Positions 37,101 to 49,530 are shown, numbered from the stretch's first letter. The stretch: 64,000 bases of DNA from Picochlorum sp. SENEW3 (GCA_034226945.1 CP120457.1:558001-622000), one strand, 5' to 3'. Notes: generated by a model from the letters alone, not told the origin. Numbers and translations are program-made.

Positions 37101-40100
37101 CAGATACATCCAAGGGTAGATATCCTCCTCCTGCTTATCTTTCTGCGGGGGGTGATCTTCGAGCGCTCTCTCTTGTGGACTGCCAAGATTAAAAACATTA
37201 GCGATGCTCCAAATCAGCGAGATATCCTGGAAGTATGGCCATTGGATCAATGAACCCGATAATGCTACCTCTATTGCCATTGTGCTATCAGAAAGAAGTC
37301 CTACACTTGCCTCTAGCCGTATGTTAGTATTGGATCCTGCAATTGGTTCCAGACAATCTCGATCATTCAGATCCACGTCTGTGGTTAGCATTCGATAGCA
37401 TGCTGCATTATCTCCTACAATCGAGGAAACAGCTGGAGCAGAGGTGAAATCAATGACAGGAATGGAGTAGTTCTTAGAACGGATATCTTTCGTGTTGTCC
37501 ACACTCCGCTCAAAATTGATGAGCTTCTTGAGGTCCTTTCCCATCAGACTTGATCGATGCTTTTCTGAGTGCTCAGATAGTCGTCTTGAGACAGAAAAGC
37601 CAGGTGATGCTGGCTCAAGCTGCGATATTTCATACATTTCAGTCCCCATTGATTCAGGCTCTTTCACTGCTATATCACTCGAAATTTTGTTCAACCTGCA
37701 AGCCCAAATAATTGAGAGTCACATGATTCTTTCAAATAATTACAAGTCATTAAGAATTCCAGGACATTACCTGTAACCAAGCCGGAGATCTTGCATGTCC
37801 ACTCTTGTGGTGCAGAAATTCATGTATGTATCCCCAGAATCCAGTGTTATCACATTCATTATCATGTTCGCAATGCTGATACGTAGGAAGGGCAGCAAAT
37901 GCGCAGACTCTTCAGATGTTGTATAAATGAACTCAGGTTTGTCCACCATCCACTCTCTTGGGTGGGCAGCCATGATGCATTCAATCTCAGGCAAAGCCAA
38001 CGTGAACCTAAAATTCGCGTTTGCACCTGCAGAGGGACCAAATAACATCCTATCATTGAATCGGACTTCTTTGAAATGGCTGATATCCTCGCCCGCTCCC
38101 AAAAAATCTCCTAGATTTCCTAAAACAAAATCCATTATGGTCCCATAAACTGGACTGGAGAGCAACAAATGGAATTCAGACAGCGAAAGATGTAACTGCT
38201 GGTGCCCTTTGTACTCAAACATCACAAGCATTATATTTAAAGGCTCAATGAACTCATCTTGCCCCAAAACATCGTATATCTGAAACGATTGATGAGCGTA
38301 TGTTGTCACGTGATGGAGCCCGTTTTGATTTTTGCCATTTTCCTACAATATGTGATTTACGTCACTATTCCTAACAAGATGCAATGCAACCACACTAAAT
38401 TGCACATACCTTTGAATTTGCAGGAATACGAATAAGGGTACCCGGCAAAATTTTCATGTTTACAACGCAGAGCGCAAGTGTTGCATCATGGACGACATAC
38501 ACTTCGTCCTCATCTGCATCATGTTCTTCTTCTGACTCAGACACATGTTGCACTTTCTCCTCAGCCTCTTCGACTGCGGGCTTCATTGGTTCATCGTCTG
38601 ATTTGTGACCAACAAATCCTCGTATCGCCTTTCCCATCTTATTAAGTGTAGCAGCTGGTCTTGCTAATATGTTATCCTCCAATCCGTCATGAATTACTCC
38701 CTCTGTAAACTTATCTGGCATGTTCAGCACGCCGACATTTGCGTTACTGGAGACTTTCATGTCATACTGGTCTTCAAATAGCAGAACTCCTGACATTTTC
38801 TCCCTTGGTTCTCGAATTTTTTTTCGGCGTTGCTTGGAGGGCTTTACATTTGATTCCCCAGAATCTTTTTGAGGGCCAGTCTCATCTGTTTTCTCTACCT
38901 CAGGCACTGCAATTGGCTGCAACTCTGGATTTCTGCCATTATTTCCCTCCTCATGTCGCGTTTCTGGCTTCTTTCTTGCCCTGTCCCTGCTAAAGTCTGC
39001 ATATAAATACGTTTTGGCACAGACCAGGCTCTCATTAATCGCATCTTTCAGCAAAGGTAGTTCAGCATCATCTAGGACTTTGTCTGGTAATGCAGACCCT
39101 GGAGTAGCGAGCACTATCTCTTCAATATTAATGTCGAGTACACTCTTCGTTGTCTGGCCTGTAGGTAGGATGATGTCAATGCTCTTGACATTAAGAATCA
39201 GATTCAATGGCTTCCCCTTAACCTCTATTTCTACCTCTTTATCAACAGAGGGATCCTCTTTCTCTGTCAAAGGACTTACTGCATGTGCTATTACTTCAGC
39301 CCCGCTCATGGCATCTTTTATGAATCTGAAAAGCAGCAGTATTCTAGGGCTGCTGACATTAAGCACCATCATGGGTGCATGTTGGAGCTCATCCACCTTT
39401 GCAGTATAATAGACCTCCAGAGCACAAGAATGAGCTCCATTGCTAGGGCTAAGAACAAGTTGATGCTCAGCGGAAGCCTGTATCCAAAGATGAACTGTAA
39501 TACGAGTGCCAAGACAATGCAATGCACAGGATACCAAATCATCAAAATCAAACAACATACCCTCAGGTCACAAAGGATCAAATTCTCAACTTTCGCGGCT
39601 AAATGCAGTCGAATATCATCTGGATGCGAAAACTTAGTGACTGGCTTCTGATTCACTGCGAGGTAGCCTTGTTGAAGTTTCAAGGAGAAGAGATCCTGTG
39701 ACTGGAGCCGCCCAGTCAAATCGACGCCAGCCATATTTACAATTACTTTCAAGCCACTCTGGTAGCCGCTTGTCTTACCTTCCGATGGTTCCTGCGAGAC
39801 TGAAGGTGTTCCTCTTGCTATTTCATTGCCTCGAGATACTTGGCTGAGGAAAGATGCTAGGCTTGCATTTTGCTTCACTCTGATATAACCTAAGAGTTGG
39901 CCAACTTCCACATTTAAATCAGCTGTCTCGACACTATCCGCACCCTTGCCTGACACATAGCTGACCTCAAATTGAGATCCACATGAGTCCAGCTCAGAAT
40001 CGAAGAGAGATGGAAGATATCTAATTTCTTTGCTGGTTCCAACCTGAACTTGTTGTCGAAGCATCAGAAAAGCTGCTGCTCTTCTCCAAGATTGAACAAA

Positions 40101-43100
40101 TATAGATGGCACCCGAACACCTAGAACCTCACGCCTGACTGAGACTAAACTCTCAAATATACGTTTAGCCCGGGCAGGAAGTGGTCTCAATACATACGCA
40201 TGTCTTGCAAGCTCTGACAATTGGAGATCTCGAACAATGATGCCTCTGGCATTGGCTTTCATACCGATAGATCCTGATTCACCTTTTCTCATAGTCAAAT
40301 TCAATCCAGATATTCCCACACTGTAGAGTGGAGCTAGCCACTGCGCCCAAACAAATGCAGGATCGTTTTTCTTCACAGTCAAACCCCACGTCTTGAGTGA
40401 TCGCCTTGGCTTTGATTTATCTACAACCCAAGTTCCAATGAGCCACATTAGTGAGATTTCTTGAATCTGCAGTTTGACTTGAATGATTGAACGCGAGTTC
40501 GCACATGAATCCTGCACGACGGAATCTGTTTCGCCAGGTTTTGATAGTGCATTTCCAGACTCCTTGACCTTCCTCTTGACCGCATTCATTATGCAGGAAA
40601 TGTGCGAGATCTGTATCGGAGAAAGCCACATTTGCACACCCCGAATCAAAACGCCGATTGAATTCGTAGTTGCCCCCGGAACTTGTGGTAGACCAGAGAT
40701 TCCACTAGCCAAACTCGCCAGCAGCCCATACGACTTGATGAATGGAACAATAGGCATTGGGTATCTTCCCTTCTCAAGCATAGCAGTTGCTGGAATTTGA
40801 CGCATTCCATCGATATCGATTTGAGATGCTGACAATCTCGCCGATCTGGTTCGGGACTTGCCTTCTAAGAAATCTAAATGTGGAGTCCTTTCTTCTGCCC
40901 CTTTCAAGATTACTGGCATATCCTCTGGATGAGCCCACACTTTCGCCATTGAAGTGATTTCTAATTGCCGCAATTTCGTCCTGAATCGATTGACACCAGA
41001 TGCAACTTTCTTGAATTCCCTCGTGTCAGCATCATACACAAAGCGTGATGGAGCCAGGTTTTTTGTTATATCACGCCTCTCCTCCTCTGACAGATATGAA
41101 AACACATCAATCATCCCAGACCCCTCGGCCCTTTTCACAGCACAGTTATCAAAATAACGTTCGACATCCTCATTCAAAATGGAGAATTGAATATTTTGCA
41201 CCACTGCTGTGAGCATATAATGTGTCTCGACAAAACTATCTGCGTCAATCATGGAGGATGCTGCCTTCGTGGATACATGCTGCGCCTCGCCAGAAATCTG
41301 CGCTGCTGATTCGATTGCAGCCTTCTGACTGAGACTATACTTGTAAGTATACGGCAGCTGCAGTGCAATACCAGGGCATTGAAGACGAAGGGTCATCCAG
41401 GATAAATTTCGATACATTGTTGTTGCTGTTGATGTCTTGGAACAGGCATCTTGAAGCATATCAACGATTGATGGGGCTCTCTCAGAAAGAGGTGGATACT
41501 TCGCCTGCATAATACGATATTCCTCTCCGGTCCCTGTCCACCTCCTCAGATATGAATTGGAGTTGAGATAAAATCCGAGAAGTTCCAAAACTACCCTGGA
41601 TCGGTCATCGTGGGCTCTAAACTCTGTGATTCTTGATCCAATAGCTGCAATCTTCACATCGATATCAGTTCCACTCGGCTTCCATTGCGTAATTAGTTCT
41701 TCCGAAATGCTATCTGATATACTCTCATCCTTAACAAGCAGTCCTCCTTCTCCCTTGCGGGGCGATATCGAAATTTTGAGGAAAGATACATCGTCAGAGT
41801 AAATTGTCTCTGCTCTAACAGTCCCTGTGACTGTATAGCGGGTAAAGTCTGCAGCTCTGCACACCCTATGGCACAGCAGGGATGGACTGGTTGCATTAAT
41901 GAACGTCAGCTTTCCTGTCTTAGAGTTTGCTGGGCCAACTTCGAAAGAGTTGACAGTGATATTTGCCTCTCCGCCAAGCTGCCACGTCGCATGCGTGTTC
42001 TTCAAGCTACACACAAGGAACATAATGCCAGGATGAACAGTACCCTCCATCTTACTCCTTGTATCCAATGCAGCACTGATTTTACTACATGACGCTGATA
42101 CATGCACATTAAAGGGTTTAGATGATGCATCTTGACTGTCAAGATGCAACAGAATGTCCCTGTCCAATGCATTGCCTGCCATAGCTTGTGTGATGATGTA
42201 ATCCACCTTTGTCGCAGTAAAGTGTCTCAATGCTTTTGAGGACGACAGTGCATGGTTGTACTGCAATGCCGCCATAAGACGAAAGTGAGCAATTTCTTCC
42301 AGCGTCAATCCATCCTCCATCTTGGCCAAATCTTGCAGCCCTGCCTCATCCATGGCAGCAACAGTATTTCTCTGATACCATCGACGATTAGGATCCCTAA
42401 ACATTGCTCTTCTTGCAAACTGACCTACATACAGGGGCTGATACAGCAACCGAGCACGCCGTCGTGCTTCCATCTTGCTTTGAGGAACTTGCATCCAGAC
42501 GAGTTTTCTTGCCTCTGCAACTGCAGCGCTTCCAGCATGATGCCACCATGCAATCTCATTCGATGACACTGGAACACGAGGCCTTGTTGACCAATGAGGT
42601 TCATATCTGCTATACAAAGAATGACGTCCGAGCAATCTTTCTACTATTCCAAGAGATGCAACGTTTATCTCAACCAATAGCGCCTTGATATCCACATTCA
42701 AAGACACTGAAAATTTTGAGTGTGGTCGCCGCACCACCTCCTTCAAGCATCTTGGATTCCACTCTTGAGCAATCTGATCCTCCTCATCCGACTCTTCGGC
42801 CGAATCCTCATCCTCCGTTGCATCAGCTTCGTCTCGAGATGCTCTTTCTTGAGTCGATGATGATATTTCATCCCCAGGTAATGATGCTTGGTCTGCAGTT
42901 CTTTCAACTGCTTCCAGACCTGGAGGAATAACTTGGAGGACAACCGACAATTCCCACTGCTCGATCACTCGATGCGCTTCCTCTTCAGCTATATCTAAAT
43001 TGACACCCGTGCTCACATCAAATTGGTTTGCAAACTTGTATCCCTTGGTACCCTTCCACTTTTCAAGCTTCTTCTTCTCAGATGACTCTCCCAACTTTGA

Positions 43101-44199
43101 GTACTTGGGGAACGAAAAGGCACTCACCTGACTCTCAGACGAGCTTCGATTATCAACACTACCCCATGTATCAGGATACGTCAACAGATCCAGTGACACC
43201 CCAGCAATATTGAGACTCGTACTTGAAATTCTCTCTAACGATTTCTTTGACATGAAGAATGTTGGAAGGGCAACCATCGCATCAGTCCACGAGCCAAACC
43301 GAATATCTTCATCCTGAATATCAAACGACGATATCTTCTCTTTCGTGACCGGCTCCAACAGCACCCTCCTCAACGACAGACATACGCCATCCCGACCAGA
43401 GTACTTGCACTGCGATGGCCTGGGTCCTGGCTCACCATGTTGCATATAATACATAGACGTATTCGCTAATTCCACATGAACACATTGAATCGCAAACTGA
43501 ATAATTCCATACAAGACAGAGCTCTTCATCTGATCAATATACCCTCCAATAAGCGGAATACTATACCCACGCCGCACTGGGTCCTGGCTAGACACACCCC
43601 ACAGCACCTCATCAATAAGCCGCAACGCCCTCTGCCTCTCACTCAACGCCAAATTTTCTCTTTCCTTCTTCTTCTTCACATGACAGACATCCTCCTGCAC
43701 CCATAATATATATGTAAATGAGTATCACACATGTGCATCCTCATGGTGGCTGAATTCATCCCACCTTTTCAGCTGGAGACATCCACATCTGCTGCGCAGA
43801 TACCCTCGTCCCACGAAGAACCAATCGAATAGGCTCCTTCCACGACGGCACCGACAGTTCCACAGAATCCACCCGAACATCAGTCACCTGTGTCCCCATC
43901 CCATACAGCATCTCTAGTATACTCTTCTTCACAACCACCTCATGGGCCGTGATCCGACCCTCCTCTTCATACACCAACCCTTCCTTATACCCATCACTCA
44001 CTCGTCGAATCAACGCCCCCATCCCCATCACCAACACCCGCTGAATCATTCTAAACCTCTTGGCAACAACCACCCCCACCGCCCCCACTGCTGTGCTGAC
44101 TACCGCCAACACAGCAGAATAATACATCAAAACTATCAATATATGAATCATGATGATGAAAATACCCACAACAAAGCTCAGACCCTCTATATCATACAC
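28108..44199 (-). CDS. VPS13: Giant VPS13-like bridge lipid-transfer protein with C2 domains (~8 exons)
   Basis: Co-linear long ORFs (43756-44199, 39369-43700, 38395-39558, 37767-38309, 35895-37694, 31200-35879, 28108-31203) separated by short intron-like gaps. Features include WEPLLSPW, PYRIEN...PYAWDEP (VAB/SHR-BD-like), two C2-like regions, LQLDNQ, a Gly-rich C-terminal ATG2_C-like region and a PH-like tail. Exon limits are approximate. Confidence 0.85.
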
Positions 44200-44872
44200 G
44201 AGTCGTGAGGAAAAACACCAAACCGTTACAAAGGGAACAACACAGTGGTGCTGATGAGATCGTGACCATTAGAATACCATTAAGAGTAAATAAACATTTA
44301 AATTATCGCTATTGAATCCACTGTGGCGACCAAGAGCCGAGAAACCTTGGAATACAAGTTAATGGCAATGTTGTCCGTGAGTCAAACACACGATAGGCTG
44401 TATGTGCTATATACGCACTCAATTCCGTGTTGATAGAGCAACAACAAAATTTATTGATTAAAACAGATAGGCTGCCATGCAGTGGTGCGTGGCATTGGCA
44501 CGGGTTCCGCTAGCATGGGAATATTGCTAAAGGAGCAGTGTGCTCTCTGTATGGAGGGAGTTGAACGCATTCATATCATGCCCAGTATCGGGTTCTTGTC
44601 AACTGTACTTGGAACAGCATGTGTCGTGGGAGGGAGTGATTCACAGGATTCCAGGGTCGCAATCATTTGTGTCTTCACTCACTTACATTATCAATCAACA
44701 TTGGATCATCACACAGGAGCATGACCAATGCATGCATCGCATTGCCATGCACCCTATATGCACACCAAGGAGAACCGGATAGGTCGTGCATCACCCGGCA
44801 CTAGATCAAAGTGATCCAAAACCTGAAAACGTGGCATATCTGCAAAAGAGCATGCTTGCAGGCAATCTACCA

Positions 44873-45598
44873 TCAGAGGTGCCATGATGCCATGGAGACC
44901 AGGGCCACCATCCACAGTCCCACCAAGCTCTGTGAGCCTAGCACAGGAGAAGCATTGCTGGTCTCGCTATTCTGCAGATCGCTGTCAAATTCCGACATGC
45001 TCACGCGGCCATCACCGTCAGCGTCCATTTGGGACATGATCTGGTCTGCTGTCATGCCCACTGCAGTGCAGTTGAGGGTGGAGCAGATCTCGCCGGATGT
45101 CAGCACGCTGTTTGCATCGGTATCAAAGCATCCGAGCCAGTCCTTGATCTGCTGGGGCTCGGTCAGAGACGAGGCGTTATACTTGGCCACCACGCCATTC
45201 AGGCAAGTCTGTGTGGAGGCTCTGAAAGGTGAGGCTGTGGTGCTGTCAGCCATCGTATCAGTGATGGACCCTTGGGAATTTGACGCCAACAACTGCCTTC
45301 TCCGTTGCCTGATCCCATACTTTTCGCAGTACTCCTGAGGACGGCGAAAAGTTTCTCCCCCAGGGCTTTGACGACACCCTCCGGCACAGTTGCATCCGAA
45401 GATATTACACGATCCCTTCCCGCAGTACCACCCTGAAACAATTGTGCAATCACGACAGATTTTCTTGCAGGATGGAATATATGATGGGGGACAACGTAAC
45501 GGATATTCATAAGGTTTGCAGCAGTCTGCGCGGCAGTGCTTCACTGCAGCGAGTGCGAGAACTGCACACAACAGCCACGTATCACTGAGACGCATCAT
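44873..45598 (-). CDS. Family A copy 1: secreted Diedel-like Cys domain + RxLL + 2 EF-hands + GPI-like tail
   Basis: Signal peptide; 12-Cys domain with YCGKGSCNIFGCNCAGGC; RRRQLL; EF loops DTDANSVLTSGE and DADGDGRVSMSE; hydrophobic C-terminus. Confidence 0.85.
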   Translation of the reverse strand: MMRLSDTWLLCAVLALAAVKHCRADCCKPYEYPLRCPPSYIPSCKKICRDCTIVSGWYCGKGSCNIFGCNCAGGCRQSPGGETFRRPQEYCEKYGIRQRRRQLLASNSQGSITDTMADSTTASPFRASTQTCLNGVVAKYNASSLTEPQQIKDWLGCFDTDANSVLTSGEICSTLNCTAVGMTADQIMSQMDADGDGRVSMSEFDSDLQNSETSNASPVLGSQSLVGLWMVALVSMASWHL

Positions 45599-45938
45599 GT
45601 GATCGAATTTATCTTCTTTTCAAAAACAGATGATTGAATTTGTATTTTTTGACCCGGCTTTTGTGGGGCCGGTTCGCAGGTTGTGCTTCGCCTAGATAAG
45701 GGATTGTGGAGGGGCAATCCCTTCGTATGGGAGGCCCGATGGGATGGACGCAAAGATAGGCTAGGTTACGTCACTAGACGTCCGTCATCTGATCGGGCCT
45801 TCCATCGAGCCGGATCGATTGGCAGGAATCTTGCACGAGGGCACGCCTCTTCAAAATCAACAATTCACGGAGACTGGAAAATAGAAAAAGATATTTGCTT
45901 TGTGGTTGGATCCAACAAATTTGTCGCAAAAACCTAGC

Positions 45939-46448
45939 ATGAATTTCTTGGCCTTATCTACGCTCTTGCTGCTTGTAACGCTGCAAAACACCCAAGCCCG
46001 TTCTTGCGTGGTCGGAGTGGATAAAATCGATATTGATAATTTGGATTATGAATATGGATCGCGCAAACTTCTCCCAAAATTCTGCCCGAAGGAGAAGTTT
46101 GAAGAGATGTCGCCACAAAAGGCAACCACTCAGCAGAGGAGTGAATCATTTGAGATGGTATCGGCGGCATTGAAACGCTTTAACGACGACACCAAAGAAG
46201 GGAGATGTGCGTATGGATTTGCGGAGGTCAATGTGCTTGACGGAGTTGGTTGTCGTTTGAAACCAGGCCAGAAGATGGATATGGGAACCAAAACCTATAC
46301 AGCCACCAGGCCAAGCTCGTCAAGTGGCCGAAGCAATGGGTATGCCAAAAAGTCAGTTGTCGTAGAATATACCTGCCTTGGAAACGTTGGAAATAAACGT
46401 TATGTGGCTCTGGCGTACGATGCCAAGTTCACGACGAAATGTATGTAA
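45939..46448 (+). CDS. Small secreted 6-Cys protein of unknown family
   Basis: Signal peptide MNFLALSTLLLLVTLQNTQA, then a basic mature region with 6 Cys. Intronless. Confidence 0.7.
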   Translation: MNFLALSTLLLLVTLQNTQARSCVVGVDKIDIDNLDYEYGSRKLLPKFCPKEKFEEMSPQKATTQQRSESFEMVSAALKRFNDDTKEGRCAYGFAEVNVLDGVGCRLKPGQKMDMGTKTYTATRPSSSSGRSNGYAKKSVVVEYTCLGNVGNKRYVALAYDAKFTTKCM

Positions 46449-47076
46449 GTTGTCCATGAGCAAGCATTACTCAAGCAGGCCACAACTGTGGTACCTGGTC
46501 ACCAGAATGGACTTCACTCTCTTGTGTGAACCATTTGTATAATGCGGCGCCTGAGTGCATCATACAATGATCTCCACAATGTTGCGTACTTTTTTTTTCT
46601 CGTTGTAATATACGGCCTTCGTTTTTATTGTTTAGATTTGATGTATCCTGATCGGGGTTACAGCAACGATCGACCAAATATTCATGGATATTGCTGATCA
46701 GCACGGGAGAGTCCACATTAGTCCAGTCATCACCATGTTGACTGCCACCTACAGAACACTTTTTTCGGCCTGATGAGGCATTTTGTCAAACCAGAGAGGC
46801 TTTTCTAGAGAAATTTGACGGGAACCCCAGAAAGTCGCACATTATCACCTATCCACGCCATGCTACGATTGCGTGAATTTGAATCTGTCATTCTCAATGA
46901 CATCATCCAGCGCTTGTTACATAATTATGTAGAAGGAATCATTTGAACGACGTTTTACGTACTTTATGTCTCAAATGAGGATGATATATACAGGGTTTGA
47001 TGCATGATACACCTCTTGTTTCAGATTCTTGGCTGCCCCTGTGCACAGCACAAAGGAGGGAACAATGGTATTGCAC

Positions 47077-47907
47077 TCACAACAGAAAGAGAACGGCAGT
47101 AGCAAAGATCGAGGCGAAAGCACCACCGATGGAACGTATGCCAGAGCCTGGAGGTGGATTTGGAGATGAATCCAGAGATGGGCTAGGTGATGGCCAATCT
47201 GTCCTTGGGTCACGCAACAAGAGACCAGTTGAAGGGAAGAATACCTGGGAGCTCTCTCCGTCGGGAGAAGAACAAGTAATAGGAGGTAGAACAGTGACGT
47301 TGTTGACCGATCCAGCAATAGAAATACCACGGGGGTTGGCATCATCAGTCTCAAGCAACGTAGCTGGAGAGCCATCAACTTCAAACCTCAAGGTACCTCC
47401 AGCAATATCCGTCGCAACCTTCGCATCCTCTCCTTCAACTGTGGCAATATGCCTCGAGAGAATAGAGGCCAAGAGATCAGTGTCACCCAACAATTCTTCA
47501 GCCGTCATGTTGAAACTGTCTTGAGCAACATAATACAGATCATCAAAAGCACTATCCATGGGGATGATGACCACCAAGTTTCCTTCTGGGGCATCACCAA
47601 TGTCAACATTTGCGGTGGCGTTAAAAATAGCAGAGAGATTCGAAAAGGATGGAGCAGCCAAAATTTCATATGCTTCGGCACAGAGAGGGATCTCTCCAAT
47701 GGTGGTGGCTCCAACTCCACACATCAGGGCTACAGGGCAAAATTCAATGGTGTCACACCGATCGCAACCGAATACGCGTCGGCCTCTGCGATATCGCCGA
47801 CAATTATGTACTCGCGGGATATATACGCCTTGGGCAACACAAACTCCGCCCGGAGTGCAGATTCGTCACGCACCCAACGTCAACAAAGCCACGGATTCTT
47901 TCATCAT
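47077..47907 (-). CDS. Fasciclin (FAS1)-like, probably GPI-anchored surface protein, 2 exons
   Basis: Spliced signal peptide MMKESVALLTLALMCGVGA (intron 47730-47873). FAS1-like motifs VVIIPMDSAF and LLASILSRH, a Pro/Ser stalk and a hydrophobic C-terminus. Confidence 0.65.
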
Positions 47908-48588
47908 GCAACCGGTTTGCAACAATGTCCTTGAGAGTCTGGCTCGATAGTGTAGGAAAATGCAAAATCTTTTGAGTCTTGTTGTATGTGAGCCCATGCG
48001 CTGCTCCAGACAGACTCATGTATACATGTATGGATGCAAGGTTCTGGATAGGTGCGTAATTTGCCAGGGTCGAAACATCACGCAAATTGGTGCTTTTATA
48101 AAAAACTAATTGGTGACGTAACCTAGCCTACTTTTGCGTCCGTCATCTGATCGGGCCTTCCATCGAGCCGGATCGATTGGCAGGAATCTTGCACGAGGGC
48201 ACGCCAGCAACCCTGGTGCGGAATATTGTTATTGAAAAGATAAACTATATATTTGTTTTTCAATTGTGTCTTGGGCAAAGAAACCATCCATAAAGGCGCG
48301 TTCTTTGATGTGTCGTTACGCACGCAGGCGTGTGGGCTTCTGTCCTGGTAGTGTTGTTGAGCAGCAATTGGACCCCATCATTGGGGTATTGCTGTCTTAT
48401 GTTTCAAATATAACATACACATGATATGATACGATCGTACTTGATTGCTTCGTTGCTTGTGATTGCAGATTCTCGCTCACTCGCACGGTCTGCAATACAA
48501 CCAAGGGTGAGAAGGACGTTGAGAAAAGGACACCGCGGCAGAGATCAGGCATCGGCTCTTCGACCAGAAGATTCGACAGTGATACGAT

Positions 48589-49530
48589 ATGAGCAGTCCC
48601 TACCCGGCACAAGGTGATGGCGACAAGGATGGGCCCACGCCTGGACTGGGAAAGTCCTCCCCCAGGCCGGCCCTAGTGGCATATGAGAAGGGTGATACTG
48701 TGGTGGACGTGGAGTCATTGCTCCGCTCCTGCAGCGCCAATGGTCTGTCTGCAAAGCTGACTGACCGCATCCGGGAGGCGGATGTGGACCGGGACGGTGT
48801 GCTGTCTGTGGACGAGCTTGTGGAGGTGATGCGGCGCGAGATGCAGGCGGTGTCCGACCGGAAGCTGTTCCGCAACATCCTGATTGCCCTATTCGTGGCG
48901 GTGCTGGTGCTGATTGCAACTCTATGTGGCACAGTGTATGCTATCGTGGACTTGAGCAAGGAGGTGAAGAACGACAACGGTGTGCTGGTATCCTCGTCTT
49001 CTGGGGATGTCATGGCCACTGGGACCGCCCAACAAACGGTGACGGTTGGTCCAGAGCTACTGAGCCTTCTGGAGTTTCCGGAATCATTGATTAATGCGCA
49101 ATCGGTGATCATTCCCACCACGGCAGGCGGTAAGGCCACAACTTTGGTATACAAGGTTGCCAAAATAACCTCGTCTCCTGAGATGGGCTCCATGGAGGTC
49201 CTCACCCTGGATGGCACGACCTTGCTCACGAATCAGTCGGGGATGTACGAGCAATCGGGCGGTGGTGAGTATCTTCCTGTGTTTGAGCTGGTTGAAAGCC
49301 GACGTAGGCTGCTGATCGACAGCGTTGGGATGCCGGAAACCCAAGGAGCGCCAAGCGTGGTTGTGCAAGCAAGCTCAGGTACTGGTGTTCTACCTGGGTA
49401 TTCACCTCTATCTACTGAATGCTTCAGCTGCATCCAAAATTGCAGAAACAAATATAATCGTGACCGATCATTGGATTGGTCAGAGTACGTAGATTGCATG
49501 GATAGGTGCAAAACAGATTACTGTTACTGA
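48589..49530 (+). CDS. Family B copy 1: EF-hand + TM + luminal domain + RRRLL + Cys-rich peptide
   Basis: EF loop DVDRDGVLSVDE; TM NILIALFVAVLVLIATLCGTVYAIV; SRRRLL; C-terminal CFSCIQNC...CMDRC...C. Confidence 0.85.
   Translation: MSSPYPAQGDGDKDGPTPGLGKSSPRPALVAYEKGDTVVDVESLLRSCSANGLSAKLTDRIREADVDRDGVLSVDELVEVMRREMQAVSDRKLFRNILIALFVAVLVLIATLCGTVYAIVDLSKEVKNDNGVLVSSSSGDVMATGTAQQTVTVGPELLSLLEFPESLINAQSVIIPTTAGGKATTLVYKVAKITSSPEMGSMEVLTLDGTTLLTNQSGMYEQSGGGEYLPVFELVESRRRLLIDSVGMPETQGAPSVVVQASSGTGVLPGYSPLSTECFSCIQNCRNKYNRDRSLDWSEYVDCMDRCKTDYCY

Larger units (their letters stand above)
45779..48205 (+). repeat. 69-bp direct repeat (45779-45847 and 48137-48205) bracketing a two-gene insert
   Basis: The sequence cgtccgtcatctgatcgggccttccatcgagccggatcgattggcaggaatcttgcacgagggcacgcc appears at both positions. 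Confidence 0.9.
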
